This document shows positions 40,545-54,400 of a DNA stretch of 64,000 nt, in pieces; positions within the stretch are counted from its first letter, which is position 1, and each line of letters starts with the position of its first letter. The notes under the pieces are model-generated. The model searched no databases. It was not told the origin of the DNA and saw only the letters and a program-made list of their open reading frames with translations. The stretch is from Azolla caroliniana (lineage: Eukaryota; Plantae; Polypodiophyta): contig JBHGNT010000016.1 in the NCBI GenBank assembly GCA_043228905.1, forward strand, positions 18,848,001 through 18,912,000, given 5' to 3'. The translations under genes and the position numbers were made by a program.

Positions 40545-40657
40545 TGTCGCGTTATTGCGCATGTGCGTGTAGAGGGGCGGGACCACAGGGGTCTCGGACG
40601 AGGGAGAAAAGGAATGCCACAAAAACCGACTCCGAACACGACCCAAAGGCAACCGAA

Positions 40658-40700
<43 letters not shown>

Positions 40701-41955
40701 GCATGCGCGCGACGCCGACTCTTATGCATAGGAAACGAAAGGGGCTATGATCCCAACACCACCCAATACACGAATATGCACAAACAGATATAAGTGTATA
40801 TATTACAAAGGGGAAAGATACAACCCCGGCTTCGAGCCGGGTATGCTCAGAAGAAAAGAAGTTAGACCCAACAGCTTTGTCGCCATGGCTGTTGCACCCG
40901 ACTTCTCAAGAAGGAGAAGAAGAAGAAGAAGAAGAAGAGGAAGTTACTAACCCTAGAAAACTCTTAACAAAAAGACCCTCGATAGAAATGGTATACCCCT
41001 ACGACTCAAAATGGGCAACCCTTCAACAAGGGATCCCTCCCTCCTTTTATAGACCAAGGAGGGGAGGGCATTACAATGTGGGACAAATACTCCCCCTTTA
41101 TTCTATACATCGTTCCCTACTATACATGTGCACATGTTGCAGACCAATGTCTTGCCCTATTCCACCCCAGTTTCACACTATAGCCGGAAATCTTCACGAC
41201 ATCCACCCCCACCAAATCGCACATCCACTTGTATGTGCCAAGAAGGAAAGGGTGAGAGATTTCGGCAATGGTGATTAACCGGGTCCTCCGCCTTACCGAC
41301 TCCCGACCGTCTCGTCGGCTCCTTACCGGCCCCGATTCGTCTTTCCGAACGTCGCCGCCGATTCGGTAACCCCTCCTTTGTCCGTCGCGTATGTTCTCCG
41401 ATTAGACCCCCGGTTACTTCGATTGCTCGTCGGATGCCACTCCTCGCGTACCGTGTGTGTTCCATATCCGTCTCGACCTTCTCCTCACCCTGAATACCTC
41501 GTGCCGACTCCTTCCATCCCGCGCTCGCCTTCCGTAGGCCCTTTCCGTGTGTCGTTGTCGTCCCCCGAATGCGTGCTCGTTTTTCGGTCCTTGGGTGATC
41601 CCCAATACGTGCTCCTTGTTCCTTCTATGGTCGTCGTGCCGTGTGGCGCCTTTCGCCTTCCCTGTTTGGCACCGCTTGTGCCGAACACCATCCCGTACCC
41701 GTGCTTTTGCTTTGGCTCTTGATAGCCACTCGCACGCCTCTTGTTCCGCTCTAAGCTTACCCCTCACCGGCTTCCTCCCGAAACCGTAACAGGCCGGTAA
41801 GGGTTCGGCCCTCGTCAACTCCGACCTTGCCGGCCCCCGGCCCGCTCTTCCTGCATTGCCGGTTCCCGTTTCATGCTGCCACCATCCTTCTCACTCGGTC
41901 TAACGTTGCCATGTCGGCTTGAACTGCCGGTGTCTCCGGATCAGTGTGAGGTTCC
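40545..41955 (-). mobile_element. gypsy 3' LTR (40545-41201), PPT and 3' internal region
   Basis: Reverse complement of LTR 38207-38812; PPT GGTGGGGGTGGA (41202-41213, minus strand) abuts it. Confidence 0.85.
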
Positions 41956-44900
41956 CATAGGAACTAACAATCGGCAACAGTTTGGTTCGGTTCGATTTGA
42001 GAGGGTCCAAACCGAACCGTTTAAAAATTTTGAAACCTAAACCAAATCGAACTGAACCATGAAACCATTAAACAATTTTTAAACCGTAAAAACTGTGGTT
42101 TCGTGGCTCGGTTTCAATTTTCAACATAGGTCAAAATTTTAATTCTTAATTCTTAATTCTTAATTTTTTTTAAATTTATAATATTTCATTATTTTTAATT
42201 TTTAATTTTTTTGAGATGTTCCTAAAATGTGAGAATAAGGTCTAAAAATGTCGGATCGCGCGCTTGAGATCGGGACATCCAGGGAAGGCACTTGACAGGT
42301 CTGCAACATTGGGGGCTAGAACATTAGGAAGGCGCCACATGCTCATGCCACATTCCCCAATCAACGAGTGTGGCGGTAATCTTTTGGAGATGGATATGGC
42401 TCAAGCTTCCTCCAACGTATATAGTTGGAACAGGTATGGATTCGTACCCCCCAGCTGAAATATTAGGTACAGGTATGCATCCAGACCTGCAAAACGAGGA
42501 GTAGATAGGCGAGGAGCTGACCATGGCACATTCCGAAATGAACATCAAGGAAGGCTTGGGCAATGTCATGATAGTAAAGGAGAATAATGACATTGGCCAG
42601 GTTCAAGAGAAGTCGGTGGAGGAGGGCATTGATGAAAGAAAAGGGATCGAGCTTTATCTTTCTCCGGCAGAGAATCGAAGATTGATGGAAGAAGTGGGCC
42701 AGTTGAAGTGTTCATCGTTCATATGTCGGCTGCTAGGAGGACGACCAAGTAAAGGGTTGCTAAGAGACATGTTGCAGGCAACCCTTTTGGATAAAATGCC
42801 ACTAGAACATTTTGAGAATGGGCCTCAACTATTACCATGTGATCTTAGAAGAAGGCCATAAGGTGCAAGAGATTCTGGACCACAAATGGATTACACTCAA
42901 GTATGGCAAAGCCATGATTTTGGAATGGAGTCCAAACTTTGATGCAAAGGAAGAGAATAAAAAAGCGGGCACACCGATGGTCATTACAGTATGCTTCCCA
43001 GACCTTCCCTTCCAACTCCACCATTTGATCCCAAAGCTCGCACACATTATAGGGATGGTATGTACACCGAAACCTTCATTTGCAGATAAGGTAGCCGAAA
43101 TGCCCAATATTAAGGTGTTGGTTAGAGACATTAACAAACTACCATCGGAGATTAGAGTCCACACGGAGGACTTTGGCCTAAGGGTAGTGAAGGTTGGTTA
43201 TGAAGGCTTGCCGAGTCAATGCTTTGCATGTAAGGAGATGGGCCATATGGCCAAATAGTGCCCTCTATATGGGAAGGCAAGAGCGGATAGGGGACAGCAA
43301 GGCATCAAGTTGCCGAATATCCCAAATTCAGGGACGGCAGGCCAGATGGTCCTGGTTTACAATGGGAAGCAAGTAGTAAGGGAAAAAGGACAGATATCGC
43401 CGAGGAAAGTGGCCAAGCCTGACCTCCATGGTCTTATTGGCCCACCTACAAGTGGAGGCTCCATTTCGAATAGATTTGACATCCTATCACAAATGGAACC
43501 CCAAGAAGGCGAAATAATTTTAGGAACTCCATTTGATTTACTACCGCGAGTCGAGACCCAAAAACACTCGTAGAGCCCTCCGGGGGTCGTGGCAATGGAT
43601 TTTCATCAGACCTGAGAATGGTTAAGGCCTGGATCAGGAAAGGGAAGGACAAGGAAAGTGAAGCGGACATTAGGAATACTGAATCGCAAAAAATGATCGC
43701 ACAAATTGAGGTTGGAAATCTCTCGATTGTGGGTGTTGAGTTTGTGATGTTGCCAGAATTGAGGATGCAAGTTATGCAGGTACCCAAGATCGTGGTGAAC
43801 ATTGGTAATCCAAGGGGAAGAGTGCACGAGTGGACTAGAGCAGACATGGTCCTCATCAACAGCAACTCAGGTAGACCGGAGACCCGTTGTTTTTTTTACT
43901 TGGAGCCTGATTTGAAAGATGAAAGGGGAGAAGACTCATCCTTGAAGTCGTTTTGTAACAAGGCAGCATTATGTTTCAAGTACCTTACATCTGAAAATGA
44001 GGTTGTGGGGCTGCAAACATTATGGAAGAGCTCCCTGATACAAGGGGAGCTTATGGAACTTGCTCAAGATGTTCCAGTGGTTTGCATATGCAAGGTACAA
44101 GATCTAGGGATGAAGCCTAGTTTGTTCCACTTCCATTGTGTTGAAGTAACCAAGAATCAAGAATGGAAAATAAGTATGGAATGGGATGGAGACATATTTG
44201 TCGAGCATGGGAGATTCCCCTTGGCTTTTTTTGTGAACTCAAGTCAATGAGAATTTGTTCTTGGAGGGTCACAACATCACTAGAGAAGTGTTGGTTTAGG
44301 AGAGAGTGGGAAGTTGATGGCCTTTGTAATACGATTGATATTTTGCTCTTACAAGAGCATCACCTTGGCCAAGAAAGAACAAAACTTTTCAAAGACCCGT
44401 TGCCAGGGGATTGGTACACATGGTGGGCTCTTGCTCACGACGTGTTAGAAAGGAGAGCTGGAGTGTGTATTTCGGTGAGGAAATCAGCGAATATCACTAT
44501 CTTGGATCATGGCATATTGATCGAAGGTAGAGCCATGTTCTATTGCCTGGAATGAAGGAATGTAAAATTTGGGGTGCTGAATGTCTACGCACCGAACATT
44601 AGCAATGAGAGAACCTCATTTTGGAGACTACTGGCAAACAAAATTCCCTCCTTCGACAATTGGATAGTGGCGGGGGATTTTAACATGACAGAGAGAATGG
44701 AAGATTGTCTTGGGGCTCATTCGAACTTGCTACAGGGGGAGGAGCTTAGAGTGTGGGGTTTCTTAATTTCTATGTTGGGAATCTGGGATTCATGGTATTC
44801 TAGTATGGCGGTTGAGGCGAATTCCTTAAGGTTCTCACAATTTGGTTGGAAAGAGAGTGAAGGATGTCACTCTAGATTGGACCGTATCTATGTGAGCCCT

Positions 44901-47900
44901 GGGATAGAGGAATGGAGTGGCTACTCATCCATTCTAGTTGGTTTTACATATTTGGATCACCTTCCAGTATCCTTGACTCTCGATCCTATTTATAAGAAGA
45001 AGAATGAGAGCAATTTGAGGATTCCTCCGAAGATTTTTGGTATCCAGAAGGTTAAGGATGCAATGAATAACATTTGGATGACATCCCCATCAGCCCACGA
45101 CCCGGTACAGGTACTGGAGGAAAAGATTATTAATTCTTCTTTGGTTCTTCAGAAAGTGTCTAGGGAGGAGTTGGTAAGGTGTCAATATCGTATGCAATGC
45201 CTGAGGAAGGCAGTCATCTCAGCTCAAAAGCTCACGCAAGTGGACCCATGTTGTGCTTGGGTGAAAGACAGGATGCAGGAGGCCACTAGGGTGATGCAGG
45301 AGGTTAGACAACAACGTGAGCAATTCCTCTTCAGAAAGTCGGCAGCATGGTGGGCTGTCAAGGGAGATAAAGTTAACAGGGAGTTTTTTCTTACCAAGAC
45401 TCCAAAACTGAGAGGAACGCATATTCACAGTCTCAAACGAGAGGATGATTCGATGACATTTGATCAAGAGGAAATCTTGCAAATTGCAACTAATTACTAC
45501 AAAGGCCTTTTAGCTCCAACTTGACAAACGACCCTCTAAGTAACCTGATGCATGATGTAATTACATGCTTGAAGACCAAGATTGGAGAGGTAGCTAAAGT
45601 GCAGTTGTCAAAAGCCATAGAGGAGGAAGAGATTGTAGCATGGCTAGACAAGATACATAGTATGGCTTGTCTTGGTGCTGACGGCCTTCCCAAAGCCTTC
45701 TTCAAGGAGTTTTGGGAGCAAATTTTTCCAAGCTTGGAAGCTGAACTGCAAGAGATGTGGAGAACGGGACGAATGTCGAGCAGCTTCAATGAAGGCTTGA
45801 TCTACTTGATTCCAAAATCGGAGACTGCGTTGCACGAGATTAAACAATGGAGGCCCATTACAATTTTAAATCTAATTTATAAACATTTTGCTAACATACT
45901 AGTGCAGAGAATCAAGCCCTTCCTAGGAGATATCATCCAATCCAATCAAACCGGTTTCATGGAGCATCGATCTATTATGGACAACGTGATTTTGTTTTGG
46001 GAGGTTGTTGCAACGGCGAGGGAGACCAATCAAAACTTAGCCTATTTGATGTTGGACTTCGAGAAAGCCTATGATTGAGTGTAATGGTCTTTCCTAGAAG
46101 AAGTGATGAAGGTCATTGAGCTACCATTGGAATGGAGGTGTGTTGCCTAAGCCTTATATAGGAATGGCTCGAGTAAGGTGTTGATTGCAAGGAGGAAAGG
46201 AGCTCAAATCTTTCTAACTCAATCCATCAGGCAAGGTTGTCCTCTTGCCCCCTTTCTATTCCTTTTTATTATTGAAGTAATGTCTGCCTTTTTTAATAGT
46301 CAAGGGGCAAATCTTCATGGTCTTTCGATCCCTAACTCAAGGAAGTCCCTGCTGGACTCGGAGTTCGCAGACGATACGATGTTATACCTCCAAGGAAATG
46401 AAGTGAATCTTGAGCAGGCACGGAGTGCTATTGATCTCTTTTGCAAAGCATCGGGAGCCTCCATCAATTGGAATAAGTCCAAGAGTTTCTAGATCAGCTT
46501 GGAGTCCAAGCCTGTTTGGAAGCCAAATGTTGAATTCAAATGGATTGCAAACGGGGAAGCCACTAGGTATCTGGGAACGTGGATTGGTGTAGATATCGAC
46601 AAAGGAATTCAGTTGCAACAAATTCAAAGTAAAATCTGTGACAACATTCGCAACTGGTCAGGGATGAACTTATCATTGGCTGGCAGGATCATAGTAGCTA
46701 ACCAAGTGCTCTTGTCTACGTTATGGCATGTAGTTTCAGTGTGGATGTTTGACAAGCAAGCTATTCGTACTGTTAAAGCGTGTATTAGGGGATTCCTATG
46801 GGTTGGGATCAGGAAAGACAATGCGGTAGCCAAAGTATCATGGTCTACATTGGTTCTTCCCAAGAGTAAGGGGGCTTTAGGATTGATTGACCCTAGATTG
46901 CAGAGTCGGGCATTGTTATGTAAGGTATTGGTAAGGAGCTTGCTACCTGATAACGAGTTATGGAAAACATTGATACATAATAGGAGCATTTTCTGGAGTC
47001 CTAGATTGGGTGGGCAATGGAAGTCACACAAAGCATGGCTTTTTTGTATGGACTTAAAGTTGAGGAAATCTAACCGGTTAGCTAATCGTACTTGTATGTC
47101 ATTGATGCAGGCATGAAGTATGTTTCGTGAGCATCTAAGTTGGAATTGTCCAAGTACTAGTGTTGAATGGATGCGCCAACCCGTATTGTGGAACGAGACC
47201 GTACAATCACCAGAGGGAAAGATGCTTGGACAAAGCAAGCATATGTCGTGGGCTATATTGTATTGTCTAGGGATTCACTCAGTGGCAGATTGGATGCGGT
47301 TGTCTGGTAGTAATCATGAAAAATTATATGAAGACGTGGGAAAGGTCAGAAATGGCAGAAAGATGCTCGACCTAGTGAATATAGTTGTCTACTCGCTTCC
47401 TATTGGTAATGAGGAAGAGGGTGAATGGTCCAGACAATGTGATGATTCCGGAAAAATTATCAATGTCAGGGTTCTAGGAAAGAATGGGAAGATCGTCCAG
47501 TTGGGATCAATAGATGAAAGTGCATGCTGGTACCCAATTAGAATTGTGGCAAGAGACGGAAAGAAATGGAAGGTGAATCCACTAGTCGAAGAGGTTGAGG
47601 AGGACTAGATCTTGTACGTGGTTGAAGGCAAGCCTCTTGAGTGCTTAGGATGGGATCCCGCTAAATATATGTGGAAGGGAGAACAAGATAAATCATTAGG
47701 TTTCTTCGAATACTCCACGTGCTTGGGGAGAAAGTTAGGTTGTTATTGTGAGAAGTGTGCCAACAAGTGGGCCCATGTAGCTGTCGATTCAGTCTTCGTG
47801 GATAGAACCAGGAGCAGGATATGGAACTCATCCCGTCTTGAGTGGTTCAAAGTGTATTTCTGGTTAATCACCCATCGGGCTGTTCCAACGGGAGAGTGGC

Positions 47901-48811
47901 TTGGGAATAGACATGGCATGAGTAGTTGCAAGGCCTGTAGTGCGAGCTTGGAGGACATCGCACATTGTTTGTGGTGTTGCCCACAAGCCCAAGAAATTTG
48001 GCTGAGGAGCTTAAGAATCTTGGCTCGGTTCAGGGTTGAGGTTCATGTATTGAGCGCAACAGTCACTTGGTTGGCCACTGAATTGGCTTCGTGGTTTCAA
48101 GGGTGGAATGGAAATAGTCCTTCTTTAAAGGTGATGCAAGGAACTGTACAACCAACGCAAGGAGGTTCATTCTTCTTACATGAACGCTACATGGACATAT
48201 GGTTATTAGTGGTCGGTCTTACGGTTTGGCAAGTGTGGGTATCTAGGTGCAAGGAGACTTTCGCAGGTAAGCGAACCCCACCGACTGAGAATTTAATGAT
48301 GATCTAGTTTAATCTTATTTCTACGTTACGAGGAGAGTTTGAAAGTCTTCAAGGACCCTCTGATGCAAGTGAAGAAGCTAGAGCTCGGTTCCTTCTAAAA
48401 TGGAGCAGTTCGTCGATGCTACAGATGGTGGATGGTAAAGCGAAGTGGAATTATCAACCACCACGATGGTTGTTCCCTCCGAGTGTACCTAACATCTAGA
48501 TGGGTGCTACCATGACAAGTGAATGGAGGACGTCTATGCTGAATTCGGGTTGTATGAGGCTCACATGGAGAGTATGCGTTCGGGTAATGCTATGCGCATC
48601 GAATGATGTGGTGTTTTGGAGTTGTTTTTGTTGTTTCCTCTACACATATTGTTTTCTTTTGACATGCAAGATGGCTTGCAAGATATGAGTTGTAAATTAT
48701 CCTATGTACATTGCCTTAACTAATGGAAGTACTTTTTTTTTGGAAAAAAGAAAAACCGAACCGAACCGTTTTAAAAAACTTGAACCGAACCGTTGCCAAT
48801 TGTTGCCCATG
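41956..48811. mobile_element. non-autonomous TIR DNA transposon (hAT-like) containing an L1
   Basis: CATAGGAACTAACAATCGGCAACAGTTTGGTTCGG versus reverse end CATGGGCAACAATTGGCAACGGTTCGG; AAACCGAACCG subterminal repeats; no TSD. Confidence 0.65.
42213..48755 (+). mobile_element. near full-length L1/Tx1-clade LINE, decayed
   Basis: ORF1 about 42523-44250 with CFACKEMGHMAK*C knuckle. ORF2 44247-48499 (ATGA overlap) has APE endonuclease (LQEHH, NVYAPN, AGDFN, SRLDRIY, DHLPV), RT (WRPITILN, LDFEKAYD, RQGCPLAP, FADD) and zf-RVT (CKAC..EDIAHCLWCC). A-rich tail. The 5' boundary is approximate. Confidence 0.92.
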
Positions 48812-48829
48812 ACGTCTTGGTCTCCATTG

Positions 48830-50268
48830 GGCAACCTTACCAATCCATCCAGGTTTCTCTTTTTTTCTCATCAATTCTATTTGACCTATCAATTGATGAA
48901 TTGGAAGAAATGGTTGTCAAGTTTGTAAAGGAAGAAGGCATTGAAAAAGTTGTCATTGGGAATATAGTAATTATGCTTTTGTTATATACAAATAATATAG
49001 TGCTTTCTGCAAATACTTTAGACAATGCACAAAAGCTTATGAAGGCCTTGGAAATTTTTTGCATGCATGCTACATTAAGTGTCAACAACTCTAAAACAAA
49101 AATTATGCTTGTGATGAGCAAAAACAAAACAATAAACCATGCATTTGTATAATAATGAGCATCTCGAATGTGTGGAAAGCTTCAAATATTTTGGCCATGA
49201 AGTTCCGTCAAATTATAGATGGAATGAATGTGCTACGCGTTGCTTAGAGGCGGGAAAGAGAGCATATTATGCATTTGAGAACACAGGCAATCATGGAGAT
49301 ATTAAGTGGTGGGTCTTGAAAAAATACATTTTCAACACTTTGGTGGTATCAGTGGTTCTCTATGGGGTGGAAGTATGGGGCGGTCGCATCCCTAAATCTA
49401 CTTAGAAAGAGTTTGAAAATGTCCAAATACATTTTTTTACAAAGTTTCTACAAGTTTAAAAAAAATGTCATACACCCTCCTCGAGACGGGATCACTTCCC
49501 GTTGTGATCATGGCCATGGAAAGGGTTGTTGAATACATGCTTAAGGTTCAAAAAAGTCCCTCACATTGACTTGCTATAATTGCATGGGAAGCAAGTAAAA
49601 AGATCTGAATGACCAATGAAAGCAAATTTTTGTGTTTCGGTTGGATGCAAGATATGGAAAAATGGTTTGGTAGATAGGATGCAACACACTTGCTTCATGT
49701 TGCATCACTATATTCCTCTGCAAATGACGCCTTTTTGCAATGCCAATGTACCATGACATGGGACAAGTGTGGAGGCTCACACTTCACACATTATACTACA
49801 CATATTGCACATAAGTACAAAACCATATTCTTCATAGAATGGGGAAACCGTACACATTGATACATGTTAGATCCCATCCCATTATCTATCATTCAAACCA
49901 CTACTTCCATGCTACTTAACTCACATGCATTGTGATGTGAGACAGGGCATTGGGGCACAAGTGATGAGAGTGGTCGACTATGCACACTTTGCCTCAAACA
50001 AGTTCAAGAGTTTGAGTACACACTTTAATACAATGCTCAACCTTTGATCATATTCGACCATGTTTTCCACACATCTTCGACCAAGCCCAATCCTTGTACG
50101 AATTTCTCAGATAGCACAATGTGCACTCTCAATTGCAACATTCATCACTAAAGTTCTTGAACCTCGAAACTCACTACTCACTTTCACATTTATCATATGA
50201 AATGTAATATTTTTTATTTAATGGGTCATATTTGACCTCCAAAGACGATAATAGAATCTATCTATCTC
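48830..50268 (+). mobile_element. 5'-truncated RTE-X-like LINE
   Basis: LLLYTNNIVL, VNNSKTKIM, ECVESFKYFG; colinear with 3899-6197 and has the same 3' hairpin. Confidence 0.82.
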
Positions 50269-50269
50269 T

Positions 50270-51260
50270 TATTTTTAGGTAAAAGCACACAATTACATTT
50301 ATGTATGTAAAATCCACTTGTTACAACACTTCTTAATCTCCTCTACCTACCTATCTTATCCTATGTAAGGAGAGGGGCGTCTTGTAACGCCACTAGAAAA
50401 CCTTAATATGCATTTGAATAAATAATCCTCACATGATGTAATATCTAGAAATTCCACATAAGAATACCCTCCAACTACTTCATATAACTTTCACCCTATG
50501 TCTACTATGAAATATAAAAGCATTACACATATTCCAATTGTATTGTAGTCCCCAATATCGTAAAAATTGGAACAATATCTCCATCTTGTTATTTGGACCA
50601 TTTTGAACATGCTAAGAAAAAACCCATTGTTGAGGCCTCAAATAACAACAGGTTAAAACTTGCTAAATGTTTAATAAATACTTCCAAACGATACATGCTA
50701 TAGGACATTCAATGAACCTATGTGTATTGTCCTCCAATGGAATGATGCAAAAGAAGCACATGCTTGACCCTGGTCCTCATCTCTTTAAGGCTAAACCAAA
50801 TGGGAGCCCACCAATCATGACTCTCCATGTGAATATCTTTGCATGAAATGGCAAATGGAAATGTCAACCACGTTGTAATATTTGTTGCCACCTTGCATTC
50901 GACTTACATAGATTCCACAACTGCTTTAGGATATAACCAAGATAATATCATGCCATTGCATGATGATACAAAATGTTTTTAGTGACTTGGAACAAAACAC
51001 ATATCATCCTGTAATCGTGAGTCCACCTAGGGTACAACATTTGTTTTTGATGGCAAAGTTCCATGCAACAATGGTATATCTTGTAATTTCTCCCAAATAA
51101 ATCCATAATTTGGGGGAATACATAACCATTGTTTGGCATTTTCAAATTCCAACAACCCTGAGATTCATTATCAACCACATCTTCCAAATGTACAACCCCC
51201 GATCAAAATACATAATTGAACTGAGACTTTAGCTTCTCTTTTCCATGCCAATATAACACT
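50270..51260 (-). mobile_element. L1-like LINE 3' fragment
   Basis: Minus-strand AKIFTWRVMIGGLPFGLALKR..CFFCIIPLEDNTHRFIEC, related to 6246-7226. Confidence 0.78.
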
Positions 51261-51460
51261 CAAAAAGTCGGGCTCCTTTTCACAGAGGATGTCAAAGAGT
51301 CGAGCTCCTGGTGATAGATGTTGTCAGCTTTTTATCCATCTTGGACGGTGCGACATGCACTGTCCCTCTCCGCGATTCCCTCACTTGCCCTCTTAAATAT
51401 TTGGTAATAGTTAGTCACGAGCACACATACACATACACATACACATACACAATCACATAC

Positions 51461-54400
51461 CGTGGTGTCTAAATGCCACCAAAAATTGAAGAGGGCAAGT
51501 GAGGGAATCACGGAGAGGGACGGTGCAGGTCGCTCAGTCGAGGGCACATGCGATTTGCATCGTCCGATGTGGGGAAAAAAAACGCGCGAAGAAATCATCA
51601 CTTATTGGGGGGCCCGACTAGGAGCCCCGCTGTCTGACAACTTTTGTAATTAGGAGCCCGACTGTGTCAAAGGGAGCCCCGCTACCTGACAACCTCTGTC
51701 ACTAGGAGCCCGACTCTGTCAAAAGGAGCCCTGCTCATTATTAATGAGCATTGATTATAAAAACCCTGAATCACTCATTTTGAACCTATTTTGAAAAGAG
51801 AGTTTTAGGGTATTTGGAGGGAAGAATCAAAGAGGAGCACCACTTTCCACCAAAATCAGAGAGGCACAACACTTTCCGCCAGAATCCGAGAGGAGCACCA
51901 CTTTCCGCCATCGAGCACTTCCCAACCACCTACATTCGATCTGCAAAATGAAGGCAATAATAGGTATGTATTTTCATGGTTACTTTTATGTTTTACATCG
52001 TTTAGGGTTTCTTTTCATTTACATTTGATCACATGGTTCCATATTCTAACATGGTGAGAGACTTAATTGTTCCATTTTTCAAATGTATCATATAAATGCA
52101 TTGTTATAATTTCAACATCAATATGAAGAAATGTTGAGGAGAAGCCCAATAGTCTATGGTGACCCGTTGAATAATCCACCAATGGTCAGCTTGAAGACAT
52201 TGGGTGATTTGGATCAGATTCAACAGATTTTTGTAAGTATGGCCCAAGTATTGAATAATGGCATTTGTTATTGTAAGAGCTGCAACAAATGTGTGCATTG
52301 GTGTAGGGTAAGGAGCAGTGGTTCAGATTCGAAGATGTGGGTCTCCTTCGAAAACGTTGGCAAAATGGGCATGCCGGATTTTGGGCTTTCCCATATATTA
52401 ACCAAAGGAAATGTTATACTTCGTAACATAAAATATATGATATCGGTGTATTATCAAGCTTTTTTGTATCAATTTTTTGTAACAATGTTGTAAATCTTTT
52501 TAGTACGTTGGAACCAAGGCTGCCAACCTTTTTTGCATATTGTAACCAAGGCAACTTGAATGATTGTGGCATGTTGTAAATGGTTGATTTTGTAATATGG
52601 CATCTATACGTCTTGTGTATCTTCTTCTTGCCTCTTATTTGTAACATGGATGTAAACCTTGTTTATATGAAATTGTTTGTATACATGCTGATGAGTTTTG
52701 ATTCTGTTTAGAGGATGAAGTTTTGATTTTTCGGTTTTTGTATGCAATGGATTTTGTTTAGAGGATATGATTAATTGACAACATGAGTAATGCAATGGAT
52801 TTACTTATGATACACTCTTATGCTAATGGATTTACTTATGATCTACTCTAAGGGTGATGATCTACTTTTGTATAACCAAAACTGATGATGATGTATATGG
52901 ATTTTGTAATATCAAAATCAATATTTGAATCTCATTTTGGTTGTATCTGACTCAATGTGGAGTCAGATCTGTTTTATAGTTCTATGTTTGGTGTTCTTTA
53001 ATAGGAAAGTCCAATAACTTCTGCCTTTATATATTTGCCTTTATTAAACATTAAATTGAGTAAGATCTTGAGGAGTTTGAGATATCGGATTAAGCCTTCT
53101 ATTTGATTATCACTTTATCATACTTAGTTTGTGATACATATTGTTAATATAGTCTCACAGGTTATCAACCTCTATGCATAAAAAATGTCACTAGATCTCC
53201 AATGACATTAAGTTTCAAGTTTCAAATTAGGGTTAATGTTGAAAATTCTGTTTGAAATCCTCAAAAATCATTCTGTTCTGTGTATATGTTTTTTATACAA
53301 GTTTGTATCTATGAACTAAAACTACATATTGGGGCATCTTTATATGACACCTTTTTGCTCATTTTTTCTCACATTGTTATATTTCTTTGTGAAACGAACA
53401 TAAAATCACAACTTTGTTATGTTATACATGTAGCTGCACTGAAAAGGCCATCATGGTAATATCTCAATGTTCTTATATGAATAGCCATTGATTTATTGTA
53501 TGGATCTTGGGTGTGTTAAACCAAGGATTTTCTGTTCAATGCTAAAAAAGGGTCACAATTCAATATTATAGACAATCCTACAAGAATACTTATATATGAG
53601 TTCAATACATGCTAAACTTGTCCTATTATCATGAGATATTGTAGTTGAGGAATGTTAAGAGAGAATGGAGTATAATAGAATTTATTCTTATTTTCCATTC
53701 AGCAATTAAACATGTCATCATATATGTGATCCCTTGTGAAGGGGGTTTGCTATTTTGTAGTTAAAAATTGTGTGAAGGTAATTAATGTGCTTATATGCTC
53801 ATCCTTCTTGGTGGGATTTGAGTATCATGCTTCTCTAGTACGGCATCATACTTATTGCATCCGATGAGCATGTGAGAATGATATTCACCATCCGCAAGGT
53901 TTTTTCTATGCATACCTTGTATATATTCAAAATTGGGTAGTATTATATTGATACTGGTACTCTAGAGGGATGTATGTATGGAAATTTATTTTTACACCCT
54001 AATAGGGAATCTTTCATGTGGAATTGAAATGTTACAAGTGCCACTGTTTTTTGTACTCTTTAGTAGTTGTTTGCTATGTATATTTAACCTTGGAAATTCC
54101 AAGTGGTGTCCAATGCTTCCTACAAGTTTGAAAATGTGAATGTGTTATTGTGTCATTTCTTCTTGTGTTGATTGATGATCCATAGGTAGTAGTATTCCAT
54201 GGTAGAAAGTCAAAGAACCAAGAAAATGCCCAAATTATGAAAGCTAACTTTACATGGAACATGAGTGAGTTGCATACTATTGTAAATAGAGTGAATGAGT
54301 GAGTTTGAAAATGTGAATGTGTCATTGTGTCATTTCTTCTTGTTTTGGCTCATGATCCGTAGGTAGAGAGTATTCCATCGTATAGTCAAAGAATCAAGAA

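Larger units (their letters stand above)
36310..51422. mobile_element. Mutator-like element (long TIR-type ends) carrying nested insertions
   Basis: Ends GCTCGTGACTAACTA.TACCAAATATTTAAGAGGGCAAGTGAGGGAATCGCGG in inverted orientation at 36310 and 51422; subterminal GGAGCCCGACTCTGTC repeats; internal MULE transposase pieces. Confidence 0.75.
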
